Of a DNA stretch of 64,000 nt, positions 29,536 through 43,498 are shown piece by piece (within the stretch, counting starts at the first letter, position 1; the number at the start of each line of letters is the position of its first letter). Position numbers and translations under genes: made by a program. Source of the DNA: the human T2T-CHM13v2.0 reference genome, Homo sapiens. The stretch is from NCBI RefSeq assembly GCF_009914755.1, contig NC_060925.1; one strand, written 5' to 3'. The notes under the pieces are model-generated. The model did no database searches, was not told where the DNA came from, and saw only the letters and a list, made by a program, of their open reading frames with translations.

Positions 29536-30079
29536 CACTCGCAGTACGTTGTTTATCCAGTTCCATGACTGCCAGATTTTTTCCTAACCTGGTCATCTTC
29601 CTCTAGAAAGTCCCCCATCTGTTAGTAATCTTCCAAAATATAACGGTTAGAAATGAGCACAGGTGCCCTGGGTTTCAGATGCCGTGACATCATGGTGGCA
29701 TCCTCTGGGTAAGGGCCCCTTTGTCAAAGGCCACTCCAGGTGAAGGACTGAGAACTGAACCAACAGTGCAGGGAGAAGCCTGTCCCTCCATCATCAGGAG
29801 ATGGCATGTGTGCTTCTTGGATATTAGAGACTGTATTTACCCCTTTAAGTACTACACCAGAAAGAAATATCTGTGTTTTTCTGAAAGAACAGAAGGAAGC
29901 AAAATATTTTTCCAACTCCTCCTATGAACCAGGCCCCATGGTAAGAAATGTATACACAATACCTTGTTTAGGAATCCCTGTGGTCCTTTAAGATGACTCT
30001 TTCAGGAAGATCTTATACTCCCCTTTTTACAACGTCACCATTAAGTAGCTTGCACAAGATCACAGAGCTAATACTTTAG

Positions 30080-30470
30080 GATATGCTTTGCTACAGTAAT
30101 AAATCAAACACAAAATCTCAGCAGCTTAACATAACAAAAGTTTATTTGTGGTTCACACAAGGAAACATGCAAGACAATGGTGAGAAGAGGGATCCTCTGT
30201 TCCATACCATCACTTAGGCATTTCTGCCATCTTGTAGCTGCACCAACCAGGACACACAGCCTTAAAGATCATGGCAGCAAGGTCAGATAGGGCATGGCAG
30301 ACCTCTCCCACTTATTCCACACTTCAGCTCTGAAATGACACAATCAATCTGGCTTACAACTCATTGACTGGAACTACTCACAGGGGTCTTAGGTAATTTT
30401 CCTATGTGCCCAAAAGAGGAAAACAAAGCAGGGCATGGTAAACACATAGCATCGTCCACCACAACCAGTA
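30080..30470 (-). mobile_element. Old MaLR (MLT1-type) LTR
   Basis: GCTACAGTAATAAA...AAAATCTCAGCAGCTTAACATAACAAAAGTTTATTT is the typical reverse 3' end of old MLT1 LTRs. Confidence 0.5.
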
Positions 30471-30478
30471 TATAGTGA

Positions 30479-30797
<319 letters not shown>

Positions 30798-31149
30798 TCA
30801 ATAGAAGATTTTTAAGTTTCCAAAGTCTGTGTTCTTTCCACTACACTTGGCTTACCAAGACTGAGGGAATCTACTTGTCGCCAAAAGGAAATGACATATG
30901 GGACAATTTATAGAAAAGGCAATCTCAAGGAAACTGGTAGGAAAAGCTGCTGTGGTGAATATTCTATATTTGCAAAACCTAGAACACGACAAGAATGCTC
31001 TCCTGAAAAACCTTAAAAACATAGATGAGACCTCTGCAAATTAAAGCCAGAGGATAAATATTTATGAGACATGTATGCCACCTCTTCAGTCTCTTAAAGA
31101 CATACCACTGGAAGTGGGAGAAAATCAAGGAGAAGATTCTGGTCTGTTG

Positions 31150-31262
31150 CAGGGTGATCGGTGATTCTGGTTTGCTCAGGACTCTCATCGTTTTAGCACT
31201 GAAAGTACCACATCCCAGAAAACCCATCAGTCCCAGGCAAACTGGAATACTTGATCACTCTG
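31150..31262. mobile_element. MER81-like element
   Basis: AGGGTGA...GTTTTAGCACTGAAAGT...CAGTCCCAGGCAAACTGG...GATCACTCT. Confidence 0.7.
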
Positions 31263-34200
31263 TTTGGACAGTAATACTTTTTCTCCAAGTTTTTAGAAGT
31301 GTTACCTCAGGTGGCTCAGTAAACTCTGCATGAAGATGCACAATGATCTGAGAAAGTAAAGTTTGCCTCAAGTCCAGGAAAAACTTGGATGGAAACAGCA
31401 CATGGGAATAGCAGTTCCTTTCAGGGACTTGGGGAAGAAAATAGTATTGCCAGTATGGCTTTTGTGCAGGAGACTCTACTCCACTGCTGCGGCCTGACGT
31501 GCAGGAAGCTTTTCCCAGCCAAATCACACCACAAACCCATATTGAGCTTGTAGAAACTTTAACAACTCTGTCTTTTTCGAGCCAAATACTGTTAAAACAG
31601 GTTGTTCACTCTTGAATTTGGTGTCATTCTTAAGATACATGTGAGCATACACACACACAGGCGCACACATACCTTTGCACTTTTTCCTGCTACATTTTAT
31701 CTTGTTAGTTTTGGCTTGTTCTCCATTTGCTAGGCGTTGGATTTGGTATGGACTTTATCCTGCATACTCTCCATCATCTCCAGGTTAAAGTCCAAAGTCT
31801 TCAGCCAGGTACCCAGGGTCCAGCTGAAAAAGTTGCATTTTAGGCCCTAACTCACACAACCCCCTTCACAGACATGCTTTGATTTAGTCATCTGCTCTCT
31901 CAACCACACTTAGGCTTGATTCATCCAACTCTGCCTGTCTACACTGCCCTCTCCACCTCCTGTATACTTGGCAAGATCCTAAATCCAAGACTCAGATCAG
32001 ATTCCTGAATCAGCAGTGGCTTCTCTGGCATTCTCTGTAAATTCTTCCCAAACTCTGGCAAGTGGACCTTGACCTATACAACTCCATCGGCAAACAGTTC
32101 CATTCTGTTTTGTCAGTCTCTTTTCTAAATATCTCAAAGTTGCATACTTACGCTTGTTCAATGTTAATTATTTTGTGATTTGTCCCCAAACATGGATTAT
32201 AAAATCCTTGAAGTCAAGGAGAATTCTTGAGTTCATAGCCCAGTGTTTGCACATAATAGGTGCTCAATAAGCAGATACTGATTTCTTAGTAGGAACTCTT
32301 AAGGCAAAAGAAAACCATAAAAAGTGCTTGAAGAGTATGATTCCATGAATATTACCCCATAATTCCCTCTTGGGACAACTTAGCAAGAAAATCACCCAGA
32401 AAAAAAATAATTTTTCCCCTAAAAATTGGAACCTGAGAAAATTCATGATGAACTGATCCACTCATCAGCAGAATTTCAACCCTATGCAGCCTTGAGTTAC
32501 ATGCCAACTTCCTACTCTATCTAACCTAGCTGGTACTTACAAATGGGGAGAACCAAACTAGCAGTACTTTTGGTATTTGAAACTGAAATAGTTCTGGGAT
32601 CAGGCCATAGATTTTAGTCACTCGAGCCTTTAAGATCCAGCTTTTAGAACCTTGAGAATGAAAGACGTAAATGTGGGTTTAGGGGAGAGGAGGGCACAGA
32701 TGGACAGAGGATCTTAGGAATCAAGTACCCCTAAACATGTTTTAAGAATTCTGTGTCACTCCCAAAGAATTAGGCAACATGTGTATTAAAAAGGTCTAAC
32801 ATTTGCTGTCTATCCCTGTGCTGCCAATGATAATGTGTTCCACTGTTAGTTTCTGGCCCGCTGCAGCCCTTGGCCAATGAGCATCAAAGCCAATACGCTG
32901 AGAAGCCCCGCCCCACAACCAAATGGGGTCTAGGAATGTTTGTTTCTTTAAGTCCATTGCCTGGGGATCAAGAGTATCCCAGGAGCTGACATGAGCATTG
33001 AGGGGCAGCTTCTCTCACCAACAGTCCCTCTGTGTGTTCCAACTGCTGCTTTTCTGGCCCTTCTGTCTAGATCTTTGACAGTGCCTGTTATCCTTTTAGT
33101 TGTTCTGGGAGTCTGAATCTCCTATCTGAATCCTCCTCGGCAAATCAGTCTGCATATTGCATATTGATACTCTTCCACCCCCAGCTTCTGTCTGGTATTC
33201 ACTCTCAGGGCCTGGACTTTTCTTCTAGTTTTCCTCATCACATTTCAGCAGACCCTTCTGACTTATAACCTAGAAACAGAAAAACACCCAGAACCAATCA
33301 TTCATTCAACAAATATTTATTGAGTGCCCACCCAATGCCAGGAACCCAGCAACATAGTAGTAAACAACTCACACACAATCATTATCCAGAGGAAGTCTAC
33401 TGTGTCATGGGACACAGACATTAAACACATAATTACCAAATAACTTATTAATTTTGCAACCAGAATAACCTCGACTTCTTTAGCCATCCAAGAGTCACTC
33501 TTTCCTCTACTATCCAAATAACAATAATTCTGGGAATTCTAAAGTTAGATGCTAATGTACAAATCCATTCTAGTTGTTGCTGCCCCCAAACACTTCTAGC
33601 TTTCTTATCACCATTTCTCTATGCTGTCACCAATCTCTCTTGCTTATCTTGGCCCCCAAAGCAGAGCATGAACACATGGTCTTTCCTCAATTTTCCAAAT
33701 AACAAAACACTTAGCTGTTGAGTTTAAGAAACTTTACTGAAAGTTTGGAGAAGACACAGGGAAATGACTATCCAAAAGTAAGTATCAGCTCTCACCACAC
33801 CCAGAATCCATGCAACATCACAGCATGTTCTTTCTGCCATATCCTGAGCTCTGAGACTTCACCAGGTTGCAGAGGCCATGGCCCTCCCTCTTTCAACAAC
33901 AGTCCTCTCTTTCTATGAATTCACTTCTCCCTTCCCACCCCATGAAGAAAGTGTCTTACAAGGTAACAACCCAAATGAGTCTATCTGCCTTGGGATTATA
34001 ATCTACTCTGTGCTGCTTGCCATCCATGAGCCTACATTCATTCATTCATTCATTCAGGAACTATCACTTACTTTGTATCAGGCATTGCACTAGGTGAGGA
34101 GGTTATAGCAACAAATAAGACAGACAGGACCCTCCTTCATAAAGAAGACAAACAATAAGCTAGTAAACTAAAAACTATACCTGACAATTACAAATTTTGA

Positions 34201-35581
34201 TGCTTTCTATGAAATACGAGAAAACCAGAATGGTGTGATAGATGGGTCTCAGGAAGGGAAGAATGCCACTTTAGAAAGGACAGATAAGAGAAGTCCCCCT
34301 GAGAAGGTGACATTTGGGATGAGTCCAAAAGATTTAGGTCTGGATTCCCCAAAACAAGCTAAGCGTATATTTAAGGTACTGGTAAGGTAGAAGCACCAAA
34401 ATTTCCTTTGAAAATGTTTATTTTTATACATCAAAAAAGACATGGAAGTAGACCCCTTAGGAAAATGAGAATGCTGTAGGCCCCTCCTTATACATATTTT
34501 AAAAATGTAATATTGTGTTTATTTTTATTTAGATGGGCAGTGTAGAGGACCCTTAATCTTTCCAGGGTTTAGGATCTCTAAAGTCATACTCAATCCCCAG
34601 AATATGCCAGGAAGGGGTGTTCTAGGCAGAGAAGGAACAAGCACAAAAGTTCAGTGGCAGCAAAGAGCTTGGCCTCTTCTAGGGGCAGGAAGAAGGGCTG
34701 AAAACAGCATGAGCAAGGTTAGGGGTAAAAGCTAGGGTTGGGGGAGCAGACAGGGGCTAGGTCACATAGAGGAAATGGTTCTCAACTCTAGTTATGTATG
34801 AAAAGTCCTTGGAATATTCTACCATTTTCTGATGCCTGGGCCCTACTTCAGGAGATTTAACTGACCTGGAATGGGGTTGAGGAATTGGTATTTTTTTTAA
34901 GTTTCTCAAGTGATTCTAACATGTAACCAGAGTAAGAAAACATTGACGTGGGGCCTTGGAACCAGCCAGAGGGACACAGTGTTGAATGGTGAAGAACATG
35001 GACCCTGGAACCAGATTATCTGGTTTTGAGTCCCATCCCCACCACTGACTAGCCGTTTGATTCCCAGGCACTTTGCAAAAGCTTTCTGTTCTTCAATTTC
35101 CTCACCTATAAACATAGGGATATTAGTTTACCTACCTCATAGAGCTGTTTGTAGGCCTAGTAAGTTAATACATAGAAAGGTCTCAGAAGGCACACACTGA
35201 AGATGCAGTAACTTACTAAAATAGCTGTGACTATCCTATGCTCTTCTAGAGATGGAAAGGGGTGGATGGAGTCAAGGTGTCAATTTGATACAACTAACAG
35301 GACTTGCTGAAAAACTGGAAGAGGGAGATGAGAGGGGGAAAAAGGAATAAAAGATAGCTTCCATGTTTGGGGTTTTAGCAATTGGGTGGAAAGTGATGCT
35401 GTGTCCCAAGATGGGGAAGACTAGGAGGTAAACAAGTTTTGAAGAAAAAAAATCAAGAATTTCATCTGGCATGCATTAACTTAAAGACACCCTATTAGAT
35501 ATCCAAGAAGAGATGCAAATCAGACAATATGTAAGCCTGGAGCTCAGGAGAGAAACAAATTTCAGATTCATTAGCGTATAG

Positions 35582-35790
35582 AGCTGTCCTGTCCAATAGA
35601 GTAGCCACCAACCACACATAGGGGGCTATTTAATTTAAATTTAGATTAATTAAACAAAATTAAACATTCAGGCCACCAGTTTTCACCACATTTCAACTGC
35701 TTAAGAGCCTCATGTAGCTAGTGGCTACCATATTGGACAGCATAGATATGCAACGTTTCCATTGCTGCAGAAAGTTCTGTAGAGCACTGA
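35582..35790. mobile_element. MER3-like element
   Basis: CTGTCCAATAGAGTAGCCAC...ATGTAGCTAGTGGCTACCATATTGGACAGC...GCAGAAAGTTCT. Confidence 0.7.
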
Positions 35791-37277
35791 AGGAGTCTCA
35801 AACCATGGAACTGGAGGAAGTCATCTAGGAAGTAGTCCATGATTCTGGCTACACACTAAAATCACCTCCAGGAATTCAGAGTTGATTTGTCTTGGGGAAG
35901 TCTCAGGCATTGGTAGTTTTTAATAACCCAGGACGATTGTAAAGTGGAGCCAGGGCTGAGAACAACTGACCCAGGGAAATAATGCTGGAGAAGAAAGGAA
36001 TCATGGGAGGGCCTGGATTGCTGCAACAGTAGGGGCAGTGACCTCAGAACTAATCTTTCTCTAGAGCTCCTGATTCATGATTCACATACAACTATCTGAT
36101 GAACATCTTTGCCTGCATGTCCCATAAACAGCCCAAACTCAATAAATCCAAGATGGAACTCATTTTTCTCACCAGAGGTGTTCTTCCTCTTCTCATTCCC
36201 ACACTTGGGAGTCACCCCAGTGACTCCCAAGCCCCAAGTGACTCCTCTTCCACAGCACAAGTCTGCCAGGTTTTCTGATTTATCACTCAGTCTGTCTCTT
36301 TCTCTCCCCATTACCTCTGTTTTGGCCCAGTTCTTCATGGTCTCCTGCCTGAATTACTGTAACGACATCTCACTAGCTGCCTCTAGTTTTGCCCCTCCCT
36401 TAACCATCCTGCACTCTGCCACAGTGATCTACTTAAAATGCCAATCTTGTAGTGTTTTGCTGTGTAAAATGTATCAGTGTCTCTCATTGCCTATAGGATA
36501 TAGTTCAGTCGAAGATAGATTGGTCGCTATGTATCAAACACCTCAAAGGAACTATGCACTGCCCTAGTTCTGAGAACACTGCACTGAGCAAGACAGAGAG
36601 CGCTCCTGAGTAGAACTGCAGCCCTGAAATGGGGACAGACAACAGAGTTATGAAAAGGAAAGTGAGGTGGCCATGGGAGCATGCAGCAAGGGGAACTGGC
36701 CTTATCTAGGTGACAAGAAAGGTCTTCCCTGAGGAAATGAGAGAACAGTGACACTTGGAGGATGAGTAAGAGTTCACCAGACCACAGGGGATGAAGAAAG
36801 TGCTCTCTCCACATGGAAAGAACTACATGGGGAAGAACCTGCGTCTGCAAAGGAACAGAACAGTGTGACTGGCACCCAGAGAGTGAGGGTTGAGGGATAT
36901 GGGATGAAGCTGGAAAAGCAGACAAGGACAGGATGGTGGGTGGCTTATATGCCATGCAAAGAATCTGGGGCATTCCAAAGGGCAAAGTGGGGATCCACTG
37001 AATGATTTTATTTTTTTTTTATTCCACGAACTTTTTGCTAACCACTGAAGGATTTGAAAGAGAAGAGTGACATGGCCAAGTCTGCACTTTTTAAAAAGAC
37101 TACACTGGCTTGAAGTGGAGTAGAGTGGCCAAAACCTGAGGCAGAGAGACCAGCTGTGAGGCCATACTAAATGGTCTGGGGGAGGCAATGAGATCTTAGA
37201 CTAGAAGGGTGGCAGAGGAGATAGAAAGCAGATTGAATTAACAGATGTTTAAGAGGTAGAATGATAAGTCTTGGTGA

Positions 37278-37568
37278 TTTTTTTTTTTTTTTTTTTTGAG
37301 ACGGATTCTCGCTCTGTCGCCCCAGGCTGGAGTGCAGTGGTGCAATCTAGGCTCACTGCAAGCTCCGCCTCCCGGGTTCACGCCATTCTCCTGCCTCAGC
37401 CTCTCGAGTGGCTGGGACTACAGGCACCCGCCACCAAACCCAGCTAATTTTTTGTATTTTTAGTAGAGATGGGGTTTCACTGTGTTAGCCAGGATGGTCT
37501 TGATCTCCTGACCTCGTGATCCACCCGCCTCAGCCTCCCAAAGTGCTGGGATTACAGACGTGAGCCAC
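37278..37568 (-). mobile_element. AluY, slightly 5'-truncated
   Basis: Y diagnostics (GCAAGCTCCGCC, CACGCCATTCTCC). TSD AAGTCTTGGTGATTTTT on both sides. Confidence 0.96.
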
Positions 37569-38471
37569 AAGTCTTGGTGATTTTTCACATTGGAGAGGTG
37601 ATGGAGAGCAAGGAGGAAAAGATGGCTCCTTGACTTCAAACCTGAGCTGCTAGGTGAATGGTGCAGCTTAGGTTAAGAAAGATGGTTACAAGTTTGTGGG
37701 GTAGAAATATTGAATTTGGCTTTAGACACAGTAATTCTGATACCTGCAAGACATCCAAGTCAAAATGTAGAATAGGTAGAGGGATACACAGGTCTAGAGC
37801 TCAGACTTGTAGGTCATCTGTGTAGAAGCAGCAATGGAAGCCCTGGCAGTAAATTAAATCACTGAAGAGAGCATGTGGAATAAGAAAAGGGGCTCCAGGA
37901 CTGAGTCCTGAGAAATGCTGACATTTGTAGGTTAGATAAAGAGGACAATTGAGATAAAGATCCTGAGTTTTGTCCAGAATAGGGTAAGAGGAAAACCAGC
38001 AGAATATGGTATCGTGGAAGCAAAGGAGAAATGTGTTTCTAGAAGGGAGTGGTCAGCAATTCCTAGGCATGGGATGAATAAGTGATTATTGATACAACTG
38101 CTTATTATCTGGCTCCTACTTACTGCTTCCTGCTCATTTTCTGCCATTTCCCAAAATCCATCCTTTATGATTTAACACCAACTTGTCTAACTTCTCTTGG
38201 ACCATGTGATGCTTTATCTTTCATCCTCCCTTTTCACATGCAGTCCCATCTCATTCAAGGCCTCCCCATGCCCTGAACAACACCCTGTCCCAGAACCACC
38301 TGGTGAACACCATCCATCCTTTAACATCCCAAGCCTCTCAGGAATCATTTACCCTTAGGCCTTCTTTGACTACCTCCTCCCCAAAGGGCATCAATACCTG
38401 TCTCATTCTGTGCTTTTTGTTCATCTGGTATAAATTTCTATTACGGTGCCTTTCCCAATATACAATAATAA

Positions 38472-38826
<355 letters not shown>

Positions 38827-41539
38827 ACATTCTGCTTCCTATAACTATGCTTAACACAGTGTCAGGTACATGGCTGGCTTCAACAAATATTTTTGGACCT
38901 TACTAGAAGCTACCTAAATGTCACCTAAGGAATGCAAATGTCCCGGGCTGGGATAAAGCATCATGGAAATTGCCGACGTAGAGCAAGAGGCAAAGACAAT
39001 TGAATAATAACAGCCATCATTTAATGATTGCTTCATTTGTGCCAGAAACTGCCTAAGTCCCTTACAGAGCTCTATCTCATTCACTCTTCATCATATCTGT
39101 TTCATAGGGGCTTATCATCATCACCACACCCCATTTAATAGGGGCTATCATAACTCTCACTTCACAGATACGGAAGTAGAAGTTATAGAAGTTAAGTCAC
39201 TTGCCCAAGGTCAGGCCTTAGCAAATGGAGGAGTCAGGATTTGGAGGAACCCAGGTTTGCTTGACTTTAGAGCCCTATACCCTTAAGACCAATTGGCATT
39301 TGAGCTTGGGGAAAATTCCTTGTGCTGACTCAAACTTGTAAAGTATATTGTTTAATCTGGAAGTGGTATGTAGGCAGCAGGGTGCAGGTAATTCTAACCA
39401 CACCACCCATGGCTATTCAAGGCTTCCAGCACAGTCTGCATGCCCCAGCAGCTGGTGGCTCTGCTTGACCAAAAGTTATGAAGGACAAAAGCAGAATGCC
39501 TATAAAGTCTGTTCCTTTGCCTTGATTTGTACCACGGGCAGGCTGGAGGGTGCCCAGAGTGAGCCAATGGCTACAATGTCAGACACTAAGTTGGGAGTGG
39601 AAGTGAAAGGTGAGGAGACCAGAGTGGAGGAAACTAAGCCAAGTTGCCAGGTCTTGGGCAATTTCAACACCAAGGCTCTGAGCCAAGGACAGGCTACTGT
39701 GCTTGAAATAACTTCCCAAGAGAGCCTTAACTGGTCACTTTGCCCTCTCTATCTCAGCACTGACTTTTAGGTCAATGTAACTAATATTGATTAGCCTCCT
39801 ATTCTATGTTAACACCATGAAAGATACAAAGCTTTTGTCTTCCACAGAGCTGAGGCAAGCCCACAGGAAACAATGACAGAGTTGTACAAAACGGTAATCC
39901 ATCCAGTGCCAGCCTGTAGAGTACAAGCCCCACAGGCAACTGAAATTCACAGAAAGGAGAGATCAAGGTGTGCTGCCATGGGCAGTGGTAGCTTCTTGGA
40001 GCACAGGAAATTGAACTTGACCTCAAGGAAGAAAGGAAGACAAAGTAGAAAGAGGACAGCATTTCAGGTAGAAACAACTGTGTGAGCAAAAATAAATGAA
40101 GCAGCAGCAATGCGAATGAATTGTTTCTTGGCCTGTGAAGAAACCTCTCTGTGGAGCAAAGGGCTATTGTGGGAGAAGAACAGGAGAAGATCGGACCATA
40201 GAGAGCCTGAATTCCAAGAATACTAAATCAAGCAAATTCAACATGCAGGATCCAGGAGTCCATTATGTGGGCAATGAGAAATGATCTTGGCCTTTAAACA
40301 GGCAGTTAACAATAAAAAATTAAATTTTAGGAAGATTCATTTGGTGGTAGTGTTTAAGATGGATTAGAGGAGAAAGGATTAAAAGCAAAAAAACTGTCCC
40401 CTCAAAAACCTGAATGCTTCTTTAAGCATCTACTAAAAGTTGGACTGCATTCAAAAACAAACAAACAAACAAACAAAAAACAGTCCCTTCCCTGCCAGGC
40501 TTCACAGTCCATGGAAAAGCCATTCATTAATCCCATAGTTACCCATTAAGGACCTATTATGTGCTAAGAATTATACTGGGCACTGGGGACACAGTGAGGA
40601 GCAAACCAAAGTCCCTATCCTCATGAAGCCTATCCTCCAACGCACATGGAAGACAATATAAAACCACACCATTAAGTACATCCACATAGAATCAGGTAAC
40701 CAAGTGCTATGAAGAAAAAGAAAGTAGGGCACTGGGTGGAGAGTGGTGGGATGCAGTAGTCAGGGAAGGCCTCTCCAAATAACTTTCATGATATTTCAAG
40801 CCCAGAGAACAAATGAAACGGAGATGTCACTGCTAGAAATAAGGATATTGAGAAGAAGACTTAGCTTGTAAGAGTATAGAGAAGGTAAGGAGTCTTGTTT
40901 TAAGTGTGTCAAGCTGTGATAATAGCAGTGTATCCACACAGAAATATTTAGACTCTAGAACTCTAGTCTATAAGACCAGAGGAGACAGTGGCTACACATA
41001 TAAATTTCAGTGTCTTCCACTGATATCCGAGTGATAAGCAACTTCCTTTCTAAAACTATGAAAGTAACTAAGGGTCTAAAAAAAATTTCTAGTGCGGTAG
41101 TCTTAAAACTACAAATAGTTTTGTCATATCTCCTATGATGACTCCCTCCCTTCAGCTGCCTGGAGCCCCAGGGGTGGGCAGTGACTTTGTGTAGGCAGCA
41201 AGCAGCCGGTAACAAAATAATAATTATTATTGTTATTATTATATTATAATAATTGTAACAATAACAATTATTATTGAAGCTCATTTACAACTAACCATCC
41301 AAAAGACCTCTTTCCCCTGTGTCTTCAATCCCCAAGGCAGAGGGGTAGGGACAGTTCTATCCCTCCTCTGCACTTAACCCTTGAAACACATGCACCCCTT
41401 TGTGACTTTACCCTCTGCAGATGGCTCTGAATGTCTTAATGTCTGAGAGAAAGGGATTTAGAAAGCAAAATATAAAAATTTTAAACTAGTCCTTCCTACC
41501 TTCCTAGAAGTGGCAAGAGTTAAATGTTGAGATAGACTC

Positions 41540-41683
41540 AAGGGTAGGATGACTATTTCAGTTTGCCTGGAAGTGTTTCAGTTTGCCTGGAAGTATCTCA
41601 GTTTTAGTGCTCAGTTTTAGCAGGAGTCCTGCATTTCAGAGAACCCCTCAACCCTGAGCAAAATAAGATGGTTGGTCACCCTA
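41540..41683. mobile_element. MER81-like element with internal tandem duplications
   Basis: Ends GGTTGGTCACCCTA. Contains duplications with 20-nt and 13-nt periods. Confidence 0.65.
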
Positions 41684-42833
41684 TGGCTTGGTTTGACCAT
41701 CATCGCTATAACCTGTATCTTACCTGCATGCATGACACAACACAGTGCTTTACTTCCCTAAAAATGACATCAGCCCCACTAAAATATATGTTTAGTTTCC
41801 AAGCCCTACCTAGTCACCTTCTACCCTAGGAGCCAGGTTCTCTTTTCCCACCCAGACAGAGGAGCTGCACTCAGAAATTCCTAGACATGAGTTAACACTG
41901 GATTCCTTAGCCTTCTACTCCCATCATCTCCTGCTCAGCCCCAGCTACCACCTAAACTAGGAAGATCAAGTCTACCAGTGACCTCCGTCCATGGCACTTG
42001 CTGCCCCTCCTCTGTCCAGCTCTTACCAATATAGCTGCTGGAACCTGGAGGTCAAAGTCAAATTATCAAAAAAAGGAACTGAGCTGGTGATGTGCACTAA
42101 CACAGCAAATCACAGGAAAGGGGAACCCCAGGTAAATTACAGCCTTCTGACCTAGGAAGACGTGTGGTTTGCGTCTCTGAGTTACAGAAACACAGGAAAT
42201 GCTTACTGGACCAGTCAATTTCAGAATTTTGGGTCCCAAGCTAGGCTGACTCACCTTCAGAATGGAAACCACGTGACAGCCCTTATATCAGGGCACACAT
42301 CACATGCTCTTCCAGAAGTCAATGGGTTTGGAACCCTCACAGATATTGGGAAAGCTCACTAATCATTTCTGCCAGTTATCAGAGGTTGCTCTGAAACTAT
42401 AAGGAAGATTCAAAGAAAATGCCAAGACTGATATTAAACTTGGCAGGAACCCTTGTTACAGAATTTTCCTGCCTGACAAGGTTAAAAGAACAATAAGCAG
42501 GAAACACAGTCCTCCAGGAATAATCAATTCTATTTGGCCCCTGGTCACCTTCACTCAGACTAAATTCTAAAACATAGAATTTCAAATAAGCTATTTAGAT
42601 AACCTTGACCATTCTCCACACACAAGCCCTTGCCTGAACTATTAATAGTCAAGGCAAAGGGTAGTTGTTATTGCTGCCTTTTTAAACTGAATCATCTGAG
42701 AAATTGCTTCAGACCCCCAAAGAAAGATTACTGTTAACAATTCAAAAACTAAAATATTTGATCCCTGAGACAGCCTTTTCCCCCGACCCGCCCTTCAGGG
42801 CTCAGTCCGACCGACTGCAAAGGCTGTTGCAAG

Positions 42834-42856
42834 ATTGCATCACTGACCTTTGCAAT
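42834..42856. promoter_or_regulatory. C/EBP-ATF response element next to a DR1 (PPRE-like) site upstream of G0S2
   Basis: ATTGCATCA (42834-42842), then TGACCT-T-TGCAAT (42844-42856). Confidence 0.6.
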
Positions 42857-42916
42857 TTTCTGGCCAGTTTGATTTCCCCTTCTTTCCCCTGCCCCCTCCC
42901 TTTCTCTGCTTAAAGG

Positions 42917-43000
42917 CCTTTGGCCAATTTGCCTCTCCTTTTCCCCAAGTTTGCTAACCCTTTGGCCAATTTGCCTCTCTTTTTCCCCAAGTTTGCTAAC
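42917..43000. repeat. 42-bp tandem duplication, each copy containing CCAAT
   Basis: CCTTTGGCCAATTTGCCTCTC(C/T)TTTTCCCCAAGTTTGCTAAC twice, with 1 mismatch. Confidence 0.95.
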
Positions 43001-43428
43001 TCTAGCATATCCATAACCAAAGCCAAACTAGAACGCTCCCTCAGCCCCAGGTGATTACAGCTAACCCTGGTCAAAATCAATCCTACATCTTCACACGTCC
43101 AAGAGTACTCACACTCTGGATTCTTACCTAAGCTGTCTACTACACGCCCTTCTGCCCACAAACTGCTTCAAAGCTGAAGTTGAGCTGGAGCAGTGAAGTT
43201 GTACCCCCAAACCCAGGAGGGTGGCAGAGAATTATTGAGGAGAGCATGAAATACTTCCATTCTAAAATGGCAGATGAACTTCTACCAACAGCCCCTTCCA
43301 TACTTGACCCCCTACCCCCAAGCTCCCAACTCCACTTCTCAAGTGGAAGTGAGAACAATTTGAATTTGAAGGCTCTTCCCTGATACACGGAAGTACATAA
43401 GGAAACAGCTCGCAGGCAAAGAGACTAA

Positions 43429-43496
<68 letters not shown>
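43429..43496. repeat. Compound (CT)n(CA)n microsatellite in the G0S2 promoter
   Basis: Directly visible. Confidence 0.97.

Positions 43497-43498
<2 letters not shown>

Noticed and set aside
42917-43000. Direct repeats (also 52069-52240) considered as a CRISPR-like array
   Set aside because: The copies are head-to-tail with no unique spacers, there are no cas genes, and the context is mammalian.
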